Assembly: GCA_902635945.1 (NCBI GenBank)
Contig: CACPPU010000001.1
Span: 364,955-428,954 of the forward strand
Direction: 5' to 3'
Source: an uncultured Candidatus Actinomarina sp.
GTDB taxonomy: Bacteria; Actinomycetota; Acidimicrobiia; Actinomarinales; Actinomarinaceae
Length of the DNA stretch: 64,000 nucleotides
In this document: positions 24,718 through 33,251 of the stretch, in pieces
Layout: the number at the start of each line of letters is the position of its first letter
Position numbering within the stretch: the stretch's first letter is position 1
Notes under the pieces: model-generated
The model's database searches: none
What the model was told of the DNA's origin: nothing
Seen by the model: the letters and a program-made list of their open reading frames with translations, nothing else
Translations under genes and position numbers: made by a program

Positions 24718-27700
24718 GTGGCAAAAAAATCAGGGCTAAAAGTAGATAGAAAATATACAACACCGGGCAACCCATACAACAACATCACATGGGAAAAACG
24801 AAGTTCAAAAATTACAAACCCGGATGGCTCCGTTGTGTTTGAAATGAATGATGTAGAGATTCCTTCTACATGGTCACAAGTTGCAACTGACATCATGGTT
24901 TCAAAATATTTTAGAAAAGCTGGTGTACCTCAACTAGATAACGATGGTAATGAATTAAAAGATGAGAAAGGTGAGGCAGTTCTTGGTCCTGAATCTTCCT
25001 CAAGACAAGTTTTTGATCGATTAGCTGAGACCTGGAGGCACTGGGGTGAAACGACTGGTTATTTTGCATCCACAGATGATGCACAGGCCTTTGAAGATGA
25101 GCTTAAATATATGCTTGCAACACAAATGGCAGCTCCTAATAGCCCTCAATGGTTTAACACTGGTTTAAATTATAAATATGACCTAACAGGACCAGCTCAA
25201 GGTTTTTGGTATGTTGATCCAAAAACAGGAAAACTAACTGAAGGTGAAGACTCATACTCAAGACCACAACCACATGCTTGTTTTATTCAATCTATTGATG
25301 ATGATTTAGTTAATGAAGGCGGAATCATGGACCTATGGGTCAAAGAAGCACGTCTGTTTAAATTTGGATCAGGTACTGGAACAAACTTCTCTAACCTAAG
25401 AGGCGAAGGAGAACAGTTGTCCGGTGGTGGTGTGTCTTCTGGTGTAATGTCATTCCTCAAAATTGGAGATAGAGCAGCTGGTGCAATAAAGTCAGGTGGT
25501 ACAACAAGAAGAGCCGCAAAAATGGTCATTCTAGATCTTGATCACCCAGATATTGAAGATTTCATTGAATGGAAAGCTATTGAAGAAGATAAGGCAAGAG
25601 CACTAATTGCAGCTGGTTATCCTGCTGATTTTAATGGTGAAGCATACGCTACTGTGTCTGGTCAAAACTCTAACAACTCTGTACGAGTCCCTGCTGAATT
25701 TGTTAAAGCTGTCGAAGAAGATGGTGAGTGGGATCTAATTGCAAGAACAGATGGTTCTGTAATTAGAAGCGTAAAAGCAAGAGACCTTTGGAATAAAATT
25801 GCAGATGCAGCCTGGAAATGTGCAGATCCTGGTGTCCAATACGACACCACTATAAACGAATGGCACACATCACCAGAGGGTGGTCGTATTCGTGCATCAA
25901 ATCCTTGTTCTGAGTACCTATTCTTAGACAACACTGCTTGTAACTTAGCAAGCCTCAACCTTGTTAAATTTTACAATGATGAGACACAGATTTTTGATAT
26001 TGCTTCATATAAGCATGCACTAAGAATTTGGACAATTGTTCTTGAAATTTCAGTTGAAATGGCTCAGTTCCCGTCAAAAGAAATTGCGCAAGGATCATAT
26101 GACTACAGAACTCTTGGACTGGGTTATGCAAACCTTGGATCATTATTAATGAGAAAAGGTATTGCTTATGACTCTGATCTTGGAAGGGCCATTGCTGGAG
26201 CTTTAACAGCGATGCTCACAGGAGAAGCTTATAAAGCTTCTGCTGAAATGGCAGGAATTGTTGGTCCATTCCCTAAATATAAAGAAAATAGTGAAAATAT
26301 GCTCAGGGTTATGAATAATCACAGAAAAGCAGCATATGATACAAACGATTATGAGGGTTTAAGTCATGATTTAATTGCAATAAATCAGGAATTATGTCCT
26401 ACAGACTTGTTGGAAGCAGCTCAGCAATCTTGGGATGAGGCCGTTGAACTTGGAACCAAGAATGGATACAGAAATGCTCAAGCAACGGTATTGGCTCCAA
26501 CAGGCACGATTGGACTCTTAATGGACTGTGATACTACAGGGGTTGAGCCAGATTTTGCGTTAATGAAGTTTAAAAAACTTGCTGGTGGTGGTTACATGAA
26601 GATTGCAAACCAATCCATAGGTCCTGCATTGCAAGCACTTGGATATGAAGATAGTCAAGTAAATGAAATCATCCAGTATGTTATTGGATCCATGTCACTT
26701 GAAAACTCTCCATATGTAAACAAACAATCACTCATGGACAAAGGGCTTTCTGAAAATGATATTGAAAAAATTGAAAACGCTCTTCCAGGGGCTTTTGAAA
26801 TCCAACACGCTTTCAATGTTTTTGTACTCGGTGAAGATACTTTAAAGAGTCTTGGAATTGAAGAAGAGGAGTATACATCTTTTGACTTCAATCTCTTAGA
26901 GAAGTTAGGATTTTCTAGAAATGAGATAGCACAAGCAAATCTTGATATTTGTGGAACACAAAAAATTGAAGGAGCCCCACACCTTAAAGAAGAACATCTC
27001 GAAGTCTTTGATTGTGCTAACAAGTGTGGTAAAGATGGTGAGAGATTTATTCACTACATGGGCCATGTAAGAATGATGGCTGCAGCTCAGCCATTTATTT
27101 CTGGAGCAATTTCTAAAACAGTTAATATGCCAAACGAGGCTACTGTCCAAGATATAGAAGACTGTTATTTTGAATCTGCAAAAATTGGTGTAAAAGCTAT
27201 AGCAATTTATAGAGATGGATCAAAGGCATCTCAGCCACTTTCAGCATCTTCGGATGAAGGAGATTCTGATGAGAGTGATCCTGAAGTAAATAAAATTCTT
27301 GAAGAAGAAGCGATGCTTGTTCAAGGTAACTTTGCACCCGGTACAAGCCCAACAAGAGCCTATGCAGGAGTCAATAGACCAAGATTCTTACTACCTGAAA
27401 GAAGAGAAGGGTGGACACAAGAAGCCAGAGTTGCTGGACATAAGGTGTATTTGAGAACCGGTGAATATCCTGATGGAACATTGGGAGAAGTCTTTATAGA
27501 TATTGCTAAAGAAGGAGCAACTCTTAAAGGAGTACTTGGATGTTTTGCTATAGCTGTTTCAAAGGGACTACAGTATGGAGTTCCACTAGAAGAGTTTGTA
27601 GATACATTTACTTTCCAAACTTTTGAACCAAGGGGTATGGTTGAAGGACATGAAAACATTAAAATGAGTAATTCAATCATTGACTACGTTTTTAGGGCCC

Positions 27701-28041
27701 TTGGTCTGGAGTATTTAGATAGAACAGATATTGTTCAGGTTCCACCAAAAGATAAGCAGCCAGCAGAGCCTGTAGCTGTTGAAGAGAAGCCACAGCCAAC
27801 AACACCTGTGCAGCCAGCAGAGCCTGTAGCTGTTGAAGAGAAGCCACAGCCAACAACACCTGTGCAGCCAGCAGAGCCTGTAGCTGTTGAGCAGGCTGAG
27901 AATTCAGTTGCCACTGTACAAGAGGTTCTTGGAGATATGATGGGAGATGCACCTGCTTGCCCCGATTGTGGTCATATAACCATCAGAAATGGTTCATGCT
28001 ACAAATGTTTGAACTGCGGTAACTCTTTAGGCTGTAGTTAA
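24718..28041 (+). CDS. nrdJ: Class II (adenosylcobalamin-dependent) ribonucleotide reductase with a repeat linker and C-terminal Zn-ribbon
   Basis: 1107 aa. Typical RNR blocks are present: PNSPQWFNTG, ACFIQS, the catalytic region SNPCSEY and NLASLNL, plus AIYRDGSK. The C-terminus is CPDCGHITIRNGSCYKCLNCGNSLGC. The RBS AAAGGAGAA lies upstream of the GTG start. Confidence 0.9.
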   Translation: MAKKSGLKVDRKYTTPGNPYNNITWEKRSSKITNPDGSVVFEMNDVEIPSTWSQVATDIMVSKYFRKAGVPQLDNDGNELKDEKGEAVLGPESSSRQVFDRLAETWRHWGETTGYFASTDDAQAFEDELKYMLATQMAAPNSPQWFNTGLNYKYDLTGPAQGFWYVDPKTGKLTEGEDSYSRPQPHACFIQSIDDDLVNEGGIMDLWVKEARLFKFGSGTGTNFSNLRGEGEQLSGGGVSSGVMSFLKIGDRAAGAIKSGGTTRRAAKMVILDLDHPDIEDFIEWKAIEEDKARALIAAGYPADFNGEAYATVSGQNSNNSVRVPAEFVKAVEEDGEWDLIARTDGSVIRSVKARDLWNKIADAAWKCADPGVQYDTTINEWHTSPEGGRIRASNPCSEYLFLDNTACNLASLNLVKFYNDETQIFDIASYKHALRIWTIVLEISVEMAQFPSKEIAQGSYDYRTLGLGYANLGSLLMRKGIAYDSDLGRAIAGALTAMLTGEAYKASAEMAGIVGPFPKYKENSENMLRVMNNHRKAAYDTNDYEGLSHDLIAINQELCPTDLLEAAQQSWDEAVELGTKNGYRNAQATVLAPTGTIGLLMDCDTTGVEPDFALMKFKKLAGGGYMKIANQSIGPALQALGYEDSQVNEIIQYVIGSMSLENSPYVNKQSLMDKGLSENDIEKIENALPGAFEIQHAFNVFVLGEDTLKSLGIEEEEYTSFDFNLLEKLGFSRNEIAQANLDICGTQKIEGAPHLKEEHLEVFDCANKCGKDGERFIHYMGHVRMMAAAQPFISGAISKTVNMPNEATVQDIEDCYFESAKIGVKAIAIYRDGSKASQPLSASSDEGDSDESDPEVNKILEEEAMLVQGNFAPGTSPTRAYAGVNRPRFLLPERREGWTQEARVAGHKVYLRTGEYPDGTLGEVFIDIAKEGATLKGVLGCFAIAVSKGLQYGVPLEEFVDTFTFQTFEPRGMVEGHENIKMSNSIIDYVFRALGLEYLDRTDIVQVPPKDKQPAEPVAVEEKPQPTTPVQPAEPVAVEEKPQPTTPVQPAEPVAVEQAENSVATVQEVLGDMMGDAPACPDCGHITIRNGSCYKCLNCGNSLGCS
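27757..27890 (+). repeat. Perfect 54-bp tandem repeat (about 2.5 copies) inside nrdJ encoding QPAEPVAVEEKPQPTTPV
   Basis: Copies at 27757-27810 and 27811-27864 are identical. A partial third copy spans 27865-27890. Confidence 0.9.
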
Positions 28042-28086
28042 AAAAAACTACAATAATTTGCAGAACTAAATATACTGATAAATTCA

Positions 28087-28160
28087 GGGCGCTTAGCTCA
28101 GTCCGGCAGAGCGCTTCCCTTACAAGGAAGAAGTCACAGGTTCAAATCCTGTAGCGCCCA
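28087..28160 (+). tRNA. tRNA-Val (anticodon UAC)
   Basis: Manual cloverleaf: acceptor GGGCGCT/AGCGCCC plus discriminator A, D arm GCTC/GAGC, anticodon arm CTTCC-CTTACAA-GGAAG, variable AAGTC, T arm ACAGG-TTCAAAT-CCTGT. It is 74 nt and CCA is not encoded. Confidence 0.9.
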
Positions 28161-28171
28161 CAAGGGTTTTT
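28118..28171 (+). repeat. att-like repeat, left copy (part of the intact tRNA-Val)
   Basis: CCTTACAAGGAAGAAGTCACAGGTTCAAATCCTGTAGCGCCCACAAGGGTTTTT is identical to 30134-30187. Confidence 0.9.
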
Positions 28172-28196
28172 CAGAAATCTTTACACATAAATAGTC

Positions 28197-28219
28197 AAAA
28201 GACCCACAAAAGACCCACA
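28197..28219 (+). repeat. 23-bp direct repeat, left copy (AAAAGACCCACAAAAGACCCACA; internally 2x AAAAGACCCAC)
   Basis: Identical to 29993-30015. It lies 32 nt upstream of the protease start codon. Confidence 0.9.
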
Positions 28220-28251
28220 TTTGATGAAATAATTGTGGAATAATAGTCTTA

Positions 28252-29985
28252 ATGAAAACAAAATTATTATTTCTATTAGTATTTTTAATTTCCTGTTCCG
28301 GTACCTTATCAAATGAGGAAAATAACGAATCTAGCCCCGAATCAACAACTACTACTTCAACAATTCCTATTGAAGAACAGTTGCTTATAAAAAATATTAA
28401 GGATGGAAAAAAAGGTGTCGTAAGAATTGTAACTAAAGGGATAAAAATTGAAGAATCGAGTGATAATCAACTGGTAAAAACTCAAGGTGGTAGTTCTGGT
28501 TCAGGTTTTTTTATTTCAACAGATGGATTCATTGTTACTAATAATCATGTGGTTGGAGGAGCGGTAACAATAGATGTATATATAGGTGAAGAAAGAAATT
28601 CTTATAAAGCGAAAATTATTGGAACTTCTGAATGTGATGATATAGCAATATTAAAAATCGATCTACCTGTTGGAGGAGCTTTTTATTTTGAGTTTGATGA
28701 AATAAATCCTGTATTAGGTGAAGATATTTTAGCTATAGGATTTCCTCGTGGTGATGAACAAATTACTTATCTTAATGGAATAGTTTCAAAAGAGAAGGCT
28801 GAAGGCAGTAACCAATGGTCTTCTATAGACTACGCCTTTGAGCACACTGCTGAAATATTACCTGGTTCATCTGGTGGTCCAATAATTAATGAAGCCGGTA
28901 AAGTTGTAGGGGTTGCTTATGCAAATAATTCTGAAAGACAAGAGTTTGGTATTCCATCCACAGTTGTAAAAAATACTATAAGCGCAATATTAGAAAATAC
29001 ATTTAATAAAACACTCGGTGCAAATGGTGAACAATTTTTAGATTTTGGAATGTATATTTACTCTTCTGAGCCAAACTCTCCTTTTGATAAAGCAGGATTT
29101 GATGGAGGTGAATTAATAACACATATAAATGGTCTCGACATTACAAAAGAGGACACAATGGATGTTTACTGTAGCGCTTTACAAACAAGAGGAGAGAGTT
29201 CTGCTATTAAATTTAAAGGAATTGATATAGAAGAGGGCGCAAATTTTGAAGCATCTGTAAGCTTAGATGGAACAAAAGCAGATTTTAAATTCACTTCCAC
29301 AACGACTACAAAACCAAAGGTGACTACAACTACAAAACCAAAAGTAACTACAACAACCTCTATTTCTAAACCATATTTTTCAAGCAAAGCGCTTAGTTTA
29401 TATACAGACTCAAGGGGAAATATCGAATATTATGCAAGATGGCGTAAATCAACAGTAAATGTTGGTATATTAGGAAGCCCTCAAGAAAATGATGTTTCAG
29501 TAATAAAAAATATGGCTCTCGAAATGTCGCGATTGCTAAACATAAATTTCCAAGTAATTTATGAAAAAGGTGATATAACTTACCATTTCCTTCCTTTAAA
29601 TGAATGGTCGAATTTTGATTACTGTGATCAACCAGAGAGATTATTTAACGATACTGATTTAAGTTGGTCTAACAATACAATTACCAAAGTAACTCATTGC
29701 TATAAAGTTGGAGATGAATACAGTGCTGATTTCAATTCTGCATCAGAAAATGTTGTTAAAGAATGTAGGATATTTCATATAAGAAAAGATTTCATATGGT
29801 CTATTTCTCCATTTAATTCTGATGGTGATCCAGATGAGTATGGAGAAAACAACTATCACACAGCACAATATTGTAATAACTTTCAAAAAGTATCAGATTT
29901 AGATAAAGAGGTGATACTTATGCATTACTCTCCATATGTTTTGAATGCAAAGACGACTAATGAAGTATATAATTTGTTAAAATAA
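28252..29985 (+). CDS. Secreted/lipoprotein trypsin-like (S1, HtrA/DegP-like) serine protease with a Thr-rich linker and an unknown Cys-containing C-terminal domain
   Basis: 577 aa. It has the signal/lipobox LVFLISCSG and the His region TNNHVV. The Ser region is LPGSSGGPIINEAGKVVGVAYA. A PDZ-like segment is followed by TTTTKPKVTTTTKPKVTTTT (imperfect 24-bp repeats about 29299-29358), then about 210 aa with no recognisable family. Confidence 0.75.
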   Translation: MKTKLLFLLVFLISCSGTLSNEENNESSPESTTTTSTIPIEEQLLIKNIKDGKKGVVRIVTKGIKIEESSDNQLVKTQGGSSGSGFFISTDGFIVTNNHVVGGAVTIDVYIGEERNSYKAKIIGTSECDDIAILKIDLPVGGAFYFEFDEINPVLGEDILAIGFPRGDEQITYLNGIVSKEKAEGSNQWSSIDYAFEHTAEILPGSSGGPIINEAGKVVGVAYANNSERQEFGIPSTVVKNTISAILENTFNKTLGANGEQFLDFGMYIYSSEPNSPFDKAGFDGGELITHINGLDITKEDTMDVYCSALQTRGESSAIKFKGIDIEEGANFEASVSLDGTKADFKFTSTTTTKPKVTTTTKPKVTTTTSISKPYFSSKALSLYTDSRGNIEYYARWRKSTVNVGILGSPQENDVSVIKNMALEMSRLLNINFQVIYEKGDITYHFLPLNEWSNFDYCDQPERLFNDTDLSWSNNTITKVTHCYKVGDEYSADFNSASENVVKECRIFHIRKDFIWSISPFNSDGDPDEYGENNYHTAQYCNNFQKVSDLDKEVILMHYSPYVLNAKTTNEVYNLLK

Positions 29986-29992
29986 AAAACTT

Positions 29993-30015
29993 AAAAGACC
30001 CACAAAAGACCCACA
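29993..30015 (+). repeat. 23-bp direct repeat, right copy
   Basis: Identical to 28197-28219. It starts 7 nt after the protease stop codon. Confidence 0.9.
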
Positions 30016-30133
30016 AATTATTTAAAACTGTAGATACTCTCTGATAACTTCTGATATCTTTTTTTGAGAGCTTAAGTTCATTGACGCTATGAATTGATAT
30101 TCTCTGGTACTACCTAGTATTTAATGGTTCTTT

Positions 30134-30187
30134 CCTTACAAGGAAGAAGTCACAGGTTCAAATCCTGTAGCGCCCACAAGGGTTTTT
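30134..30187 (+). repeat. att-like repeat, right copy (orphan tRNA-Val 3' fragment)
   Basis: Identical 54 bp. Upstream of it, similarity to the tRNA decays (one mismatch, three matches, then none), so this is a fragment rather than a second tRNA. Confidence 0.9.
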
Positions 30188-30189
30188 TG

Positions 30190-32022
30190 TTATTTATTAA
30201 TTAATATTTTTACATCTACATTTGGATTGTAATAAAATTCACTCTTACGAAATACATCTTGGTCTAATTGAAAAATAGTTGACGTAAATTTTTGGTTTTC
30301 ATTACATTTAAAATCTGTAATAGAGTCAATTTTGTAATACAAATCTCCTTCTTCATTAACAGAGCAAATAATTAGATTTGGATTTTTAGACAATGTGGTA
30401 TTTAAAATATTTTCATCAATGAAACCATATTCTGTAAGATTATCAATAATAAAAGGCTCATTATGATTTGTAGGATGAATAATATATGCTTCATTTAATT
30501 TATCTAAATAGAATAAAATAATTACTTTATCTAAAGCAAGAACAGTGAAGTCATCACTAAAATTCTTTTTAATTGATTCAGATAAAGTTTTGACAGGATA
30601 GTTATTGTAAATTGTCTGTGCGTTGACAAGATTAGATATTGAGTTTGAAGAAATGGGCAACAAGTATGATTGGTATAATAAAAAAGAGATAACAAAAAAT
30701 ATGTATCTAATATTTGAGCCTTCTAAAAATCCAAATGAAATTGAAATAAAAAACATTAAATAAATAAGATGATGGTAGAAGCCCTTTCCTGCCAAATAAA
30801 AAAAACATATAGATATGAAAATAAATGTTAAGTTGGAGAAAGAATAAATATTATAAATTTTTGTGCTAATAATTTTGGAAAATATCGTCCATGAACTAAA
30901 AAGTAAAATAAGAAATAATAACGATAGTAAATTACTAGTTTTATAAATCGATTCAAGAAAGGCTCTCAAATCATAAAAGAAGTAAGTGTCTGTTCCGGTA
31001 TAGCTTAAAGGTATTTTAAATAAAGTTAATAAATAAATATCTAATAAACTTTGTGAAAAATAAATTAGAATTACCGTTGAATGGACGAAAGTAAAACCAA
31101 AGAATAGATAAATACCTTTTTGGATTATATGCTTTTTATTTTGCAAAATAACTAATACAAAAAAACCTATTAAAAAAATACTCGAGCCTATATTGATCAA
31201 AGTGGAGATTCCAATAAATATACCCCAAGTTAGATTTGCTGTTTTTTTACTACTGCCACCAAGAAGTCCATAATAAGCCAACCCTAAAAATGATAAGCTC
31301 ATTGTTTCGCTGTATTCAGCATTTGCCCATGGAAGACTCATGAATGCAAGATAAGTAACTGACGAAATCAAACCAGTAGTTTTTTTCATTCTGAATCTTT
31401 TTGATATTATTTTAAAAATTAATAATGCATTAACAAATATAAAAATATCAAAAATTATTTTGTAATATATGAAATTTTTTCCAGAAAAAAATAAAATAAC
31501 GTAATTAAAAAAATAAAAAAGAGGCTGTTTGTCGTCCCATACCCTCTCATAAGGCAAGTATCCTTTAAATATATCATTTGCAATTACTAGTGATGTGCTT
31601 ATATCATGATCAATGATTTCGAAATCAAGATAACTATTTTGACTTAAAAGAGTTAATCCAAAAATTAAAAATGCATAGGTAAACGAGTATTTCTTTCCTT
31701 CTTCAAAAAAAGTAGTGAATTTATTATTCTCGTTCAGAGATGGAAAAATTGGAAATGTAGCAATAAAAAAAGCTTGAAAAAAAGCTATGGAAAACTCATA
31801 AATATTTTTTTGGACAAGATACACAAATACTAAAAAGTTTAGAAAATAAAATAGATATATAAATTTATTTAAAAATATAAAAAATATATATATAGATGCT
31901 AATAGTAAAAAAATATTCTTTGAAAATGTATCGTTTATACCAAAATTAGGAAGAATAAAATAAAATATAAGACTTGCAATGACAGATAAAAAGTAATTTT
32001 TATAGTTTGAAGAAATTTTCAC
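30190..32022 (-). CDS. GT-C-fold polytopic glycosyltransferase (ArnT/PMT-like); paralogue of 55578-57278
   Basis: 610 aa with more than 10 TM segments. The first-loop block FEIIDHDISTSLVIANDIFKGYLPYERVWDDKQPLFYFF resembles the ArnT/PMT_2 acidic loop. The C-terminal soluble domain aligns with the 566-aa paralogue (LALDKVIILFYLDKLNEAYIIHP vs LAIDHLLLLYYLEKPNTSYIIHP). Confidence 0.6.
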   Translation of the reverse strand: MKISSNYKNYFLSVIASLIFYFILPNFGINDTFSKNIFLLLASIYIFFIFLNKFIYLFYFLNFLVFVYLVQKNIYEFSIAFFQAFFIATFPIFPSLNENNKFTTFFEEGKKYSFTYAFLIFGLTLLSQNSYLDFEIIDHDISTSLVIANDIFKGYLPYERVWDDKQPLFYFFNYVILFFSGKNFIYYKIIFDIFIFVNALLIFKIISKRFRMKKTTGLISSVTYLAFMSLPWANAEYSETMSLSFLGLAYYGLLGGSSKKTANLTWGIFIGISTLINIGSSIFLIGFFVLVILQNKKHIIQKGIYLFFGFTFVHSTVILIYFSQSLLDIYLLTLFKIPLSYTGTDTYFFYDLRAFLESIYKTSNLLSLLFLILLFSSWTIFSKIISTKIYNIYSFSNLTFIFISICFFYLAGKGFYHHLIYLMFFISISFGFLEGSNIRYIFFVISFLLYQSYLLPISSNSISNLVNAQTIYNNYPVKTLSESIKKNFSDDFTVLALDKVIILFYLDKLNEAYIIHPTNHNEPFIIDNLTEYGFIDENILNTTLSKNPNLIICSVNEEGDLYYKIDSITDFKCNENQKFTSTIFQLDQDVFRKSEFYYNPNVDVKILINK

Positions 32023-32162
32023 ATTTTAAATTTAACAAAGAACAATATTTAATAGATATATATATGTTATTTTTACAGATAATTTTAATTGGGTGAACGC
32101 AAAATTTCTGGTAGATATTAACCTATCTTGTGTGCAAATTAATAATATATAATTAAGTTACA

Positions 32163-33251
32163 ATGATTAAACTTTACGAACCGAAAATTTACAGAGAAGA
32201 CATAGAACTTGTCAATAAAACTTTAGAAGAGGGTTGGGTGTCCGGAAACTCACCTATCGTAAAAGATTTTGAGAATAAATTAAAAGAATTTAATGAGGCA
32301 AAATTTTGCCTTGTCACTTCAAGTGGAACAGCAGCACTTCATCTTGCACTTCTGGCTTGTGATTTACAAAAAGGTGATGAAGTTATAATGCCTTCACTTT
32401 CATATATTGCTACAGCAAATTCTGTTAGTTACTTTGGAGGCAAACCTGTTTTTGTAGATGTAAATATGAATGACTTTCAAATAGACTCATCAAAAATAGA
32501 AGAAAAAATTAGTGATAAAACCAAAGCTATTATGCCTGTTCATTTATATGGAGGAGTACCTAATCTTGAAAATATTGAAAAGATTGCTTCTAAGTATAAA
32601 TTAAAAATAGTTCATGATAGTGCTGAAGCTTTAGGGTCTATTTATAAAAATAAACATTCAGTTAGCTATAAAGATGTTGGTGTACTTAGTTTTTTCCCAA
32701 ATAAAGTAATTACAACTGGAGAGGGAGGTGCGATAATTACAAACAATGAAACTATTTATAAAAAGGCGCTTAAATTTAGGTCTCAAGGCCTTGTCGAAAA
32801 TACTGACTACGTACATGACGTCATTGGGTACAATTACAGAATTTCAGCATTGAGTGCTGCATTAGGATATAACCAAGTAGATAAAGTAAAAAAGCATGTA
32901 AATATAAAAACAAGTATTTACAAATTTTACATAGATGAGTTAAAAAATTATGGCATTGAATTTCAGTCCCACAATGATGATGTTGTGTCTTCCTACTGGT
33001 TAACAGTGGCCCTCTTCCCAGAAAAGGTTATCATTGATGACTTAAAAAAATTTCTAATAAGTAATGATATAGAAACTAGAAGAATTTTTTATCCACTACA
33101 TTTACAAAAACCTTACCTAAGTAGCAAAAGTGAGAACCATAAAAATTCTGAAAACATATATAAATCTGGATTATGCTTGCCAACTTATCCGGATTTGTCT
33201 GAAAAAGATTTAAGTTATATAGTTGAAAAAATTAAAGAGTTTGTAAATTAG
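32163..33251 (+). CDS. DegT/DnrJ/EryC1/StrS-family sugar aminotransferase
   Basis: 362 aa. The PLP-Lys context SFFPNKVITTGEGGAI and the DSAEALGS block are present. Confidence 0.8.
   Translation: MIKLYEPKIYREDIELVNKTLEEGWVSGNSPIVKDFENKLKEFNEAKFCLVTSSGTAALHLALLACDLQKGDEVIMPSLSYIATANSVSYFGGKPVFVDVNMNDFQIDSSKIEEKISDKTKAIMPVHLYGGVPNLENIEKIASKYKLKIVHDSAEALGSIYKNKHSVSYKDVGVLSFFPNKVITTGEGGAIITNNETIYKKALKFRSQGLVENTDYVHDVIGYNYRISALSAALGYNQVDKVKKHVNIKTSIYKFYIDELKNYGIEFQSHNDDVVSSYWLTVALFPEKVIIDDLKKFLISNDIETRRIFYPLHLQKPYLSSKSENHKNSENIYKSGLCLPTYPDLSEKDLSYIVEKIKEFVN

Larger units (their letters stand above)
28118..30187 (+). mobile_element. Putative degenerate tRNA-Val-integrated cassette (att-like duplication bracketing a single gene; no integrase)
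   Basis: A perfect 54-bp direct repeat (28118-28171 = 30134-30187) consists of the tRNA 3' portion from the anticodon loop plus 11 nt. It brackets about 2 kb holding one CDS. Confidence 0.5.

Noticed and set aside
25287-27952. Five minus-strand ORFs inside nrdJ
   Set aside because: They are antisense to a 1107-aa gene with unmistakable RNR motifs. They are shadow ORFs.
30016-30133. Integrase or other gene remnant between the right 23-bp repeat and the orphan tRNA fragment
   Set aside because: Manual translation of the minus strand gives only short stop-interrupted stretches (for example YQRISIHSVNELKLSKKDIRSYQRVSTVLNN) with no recognisable tyrosine-recombinase motif.
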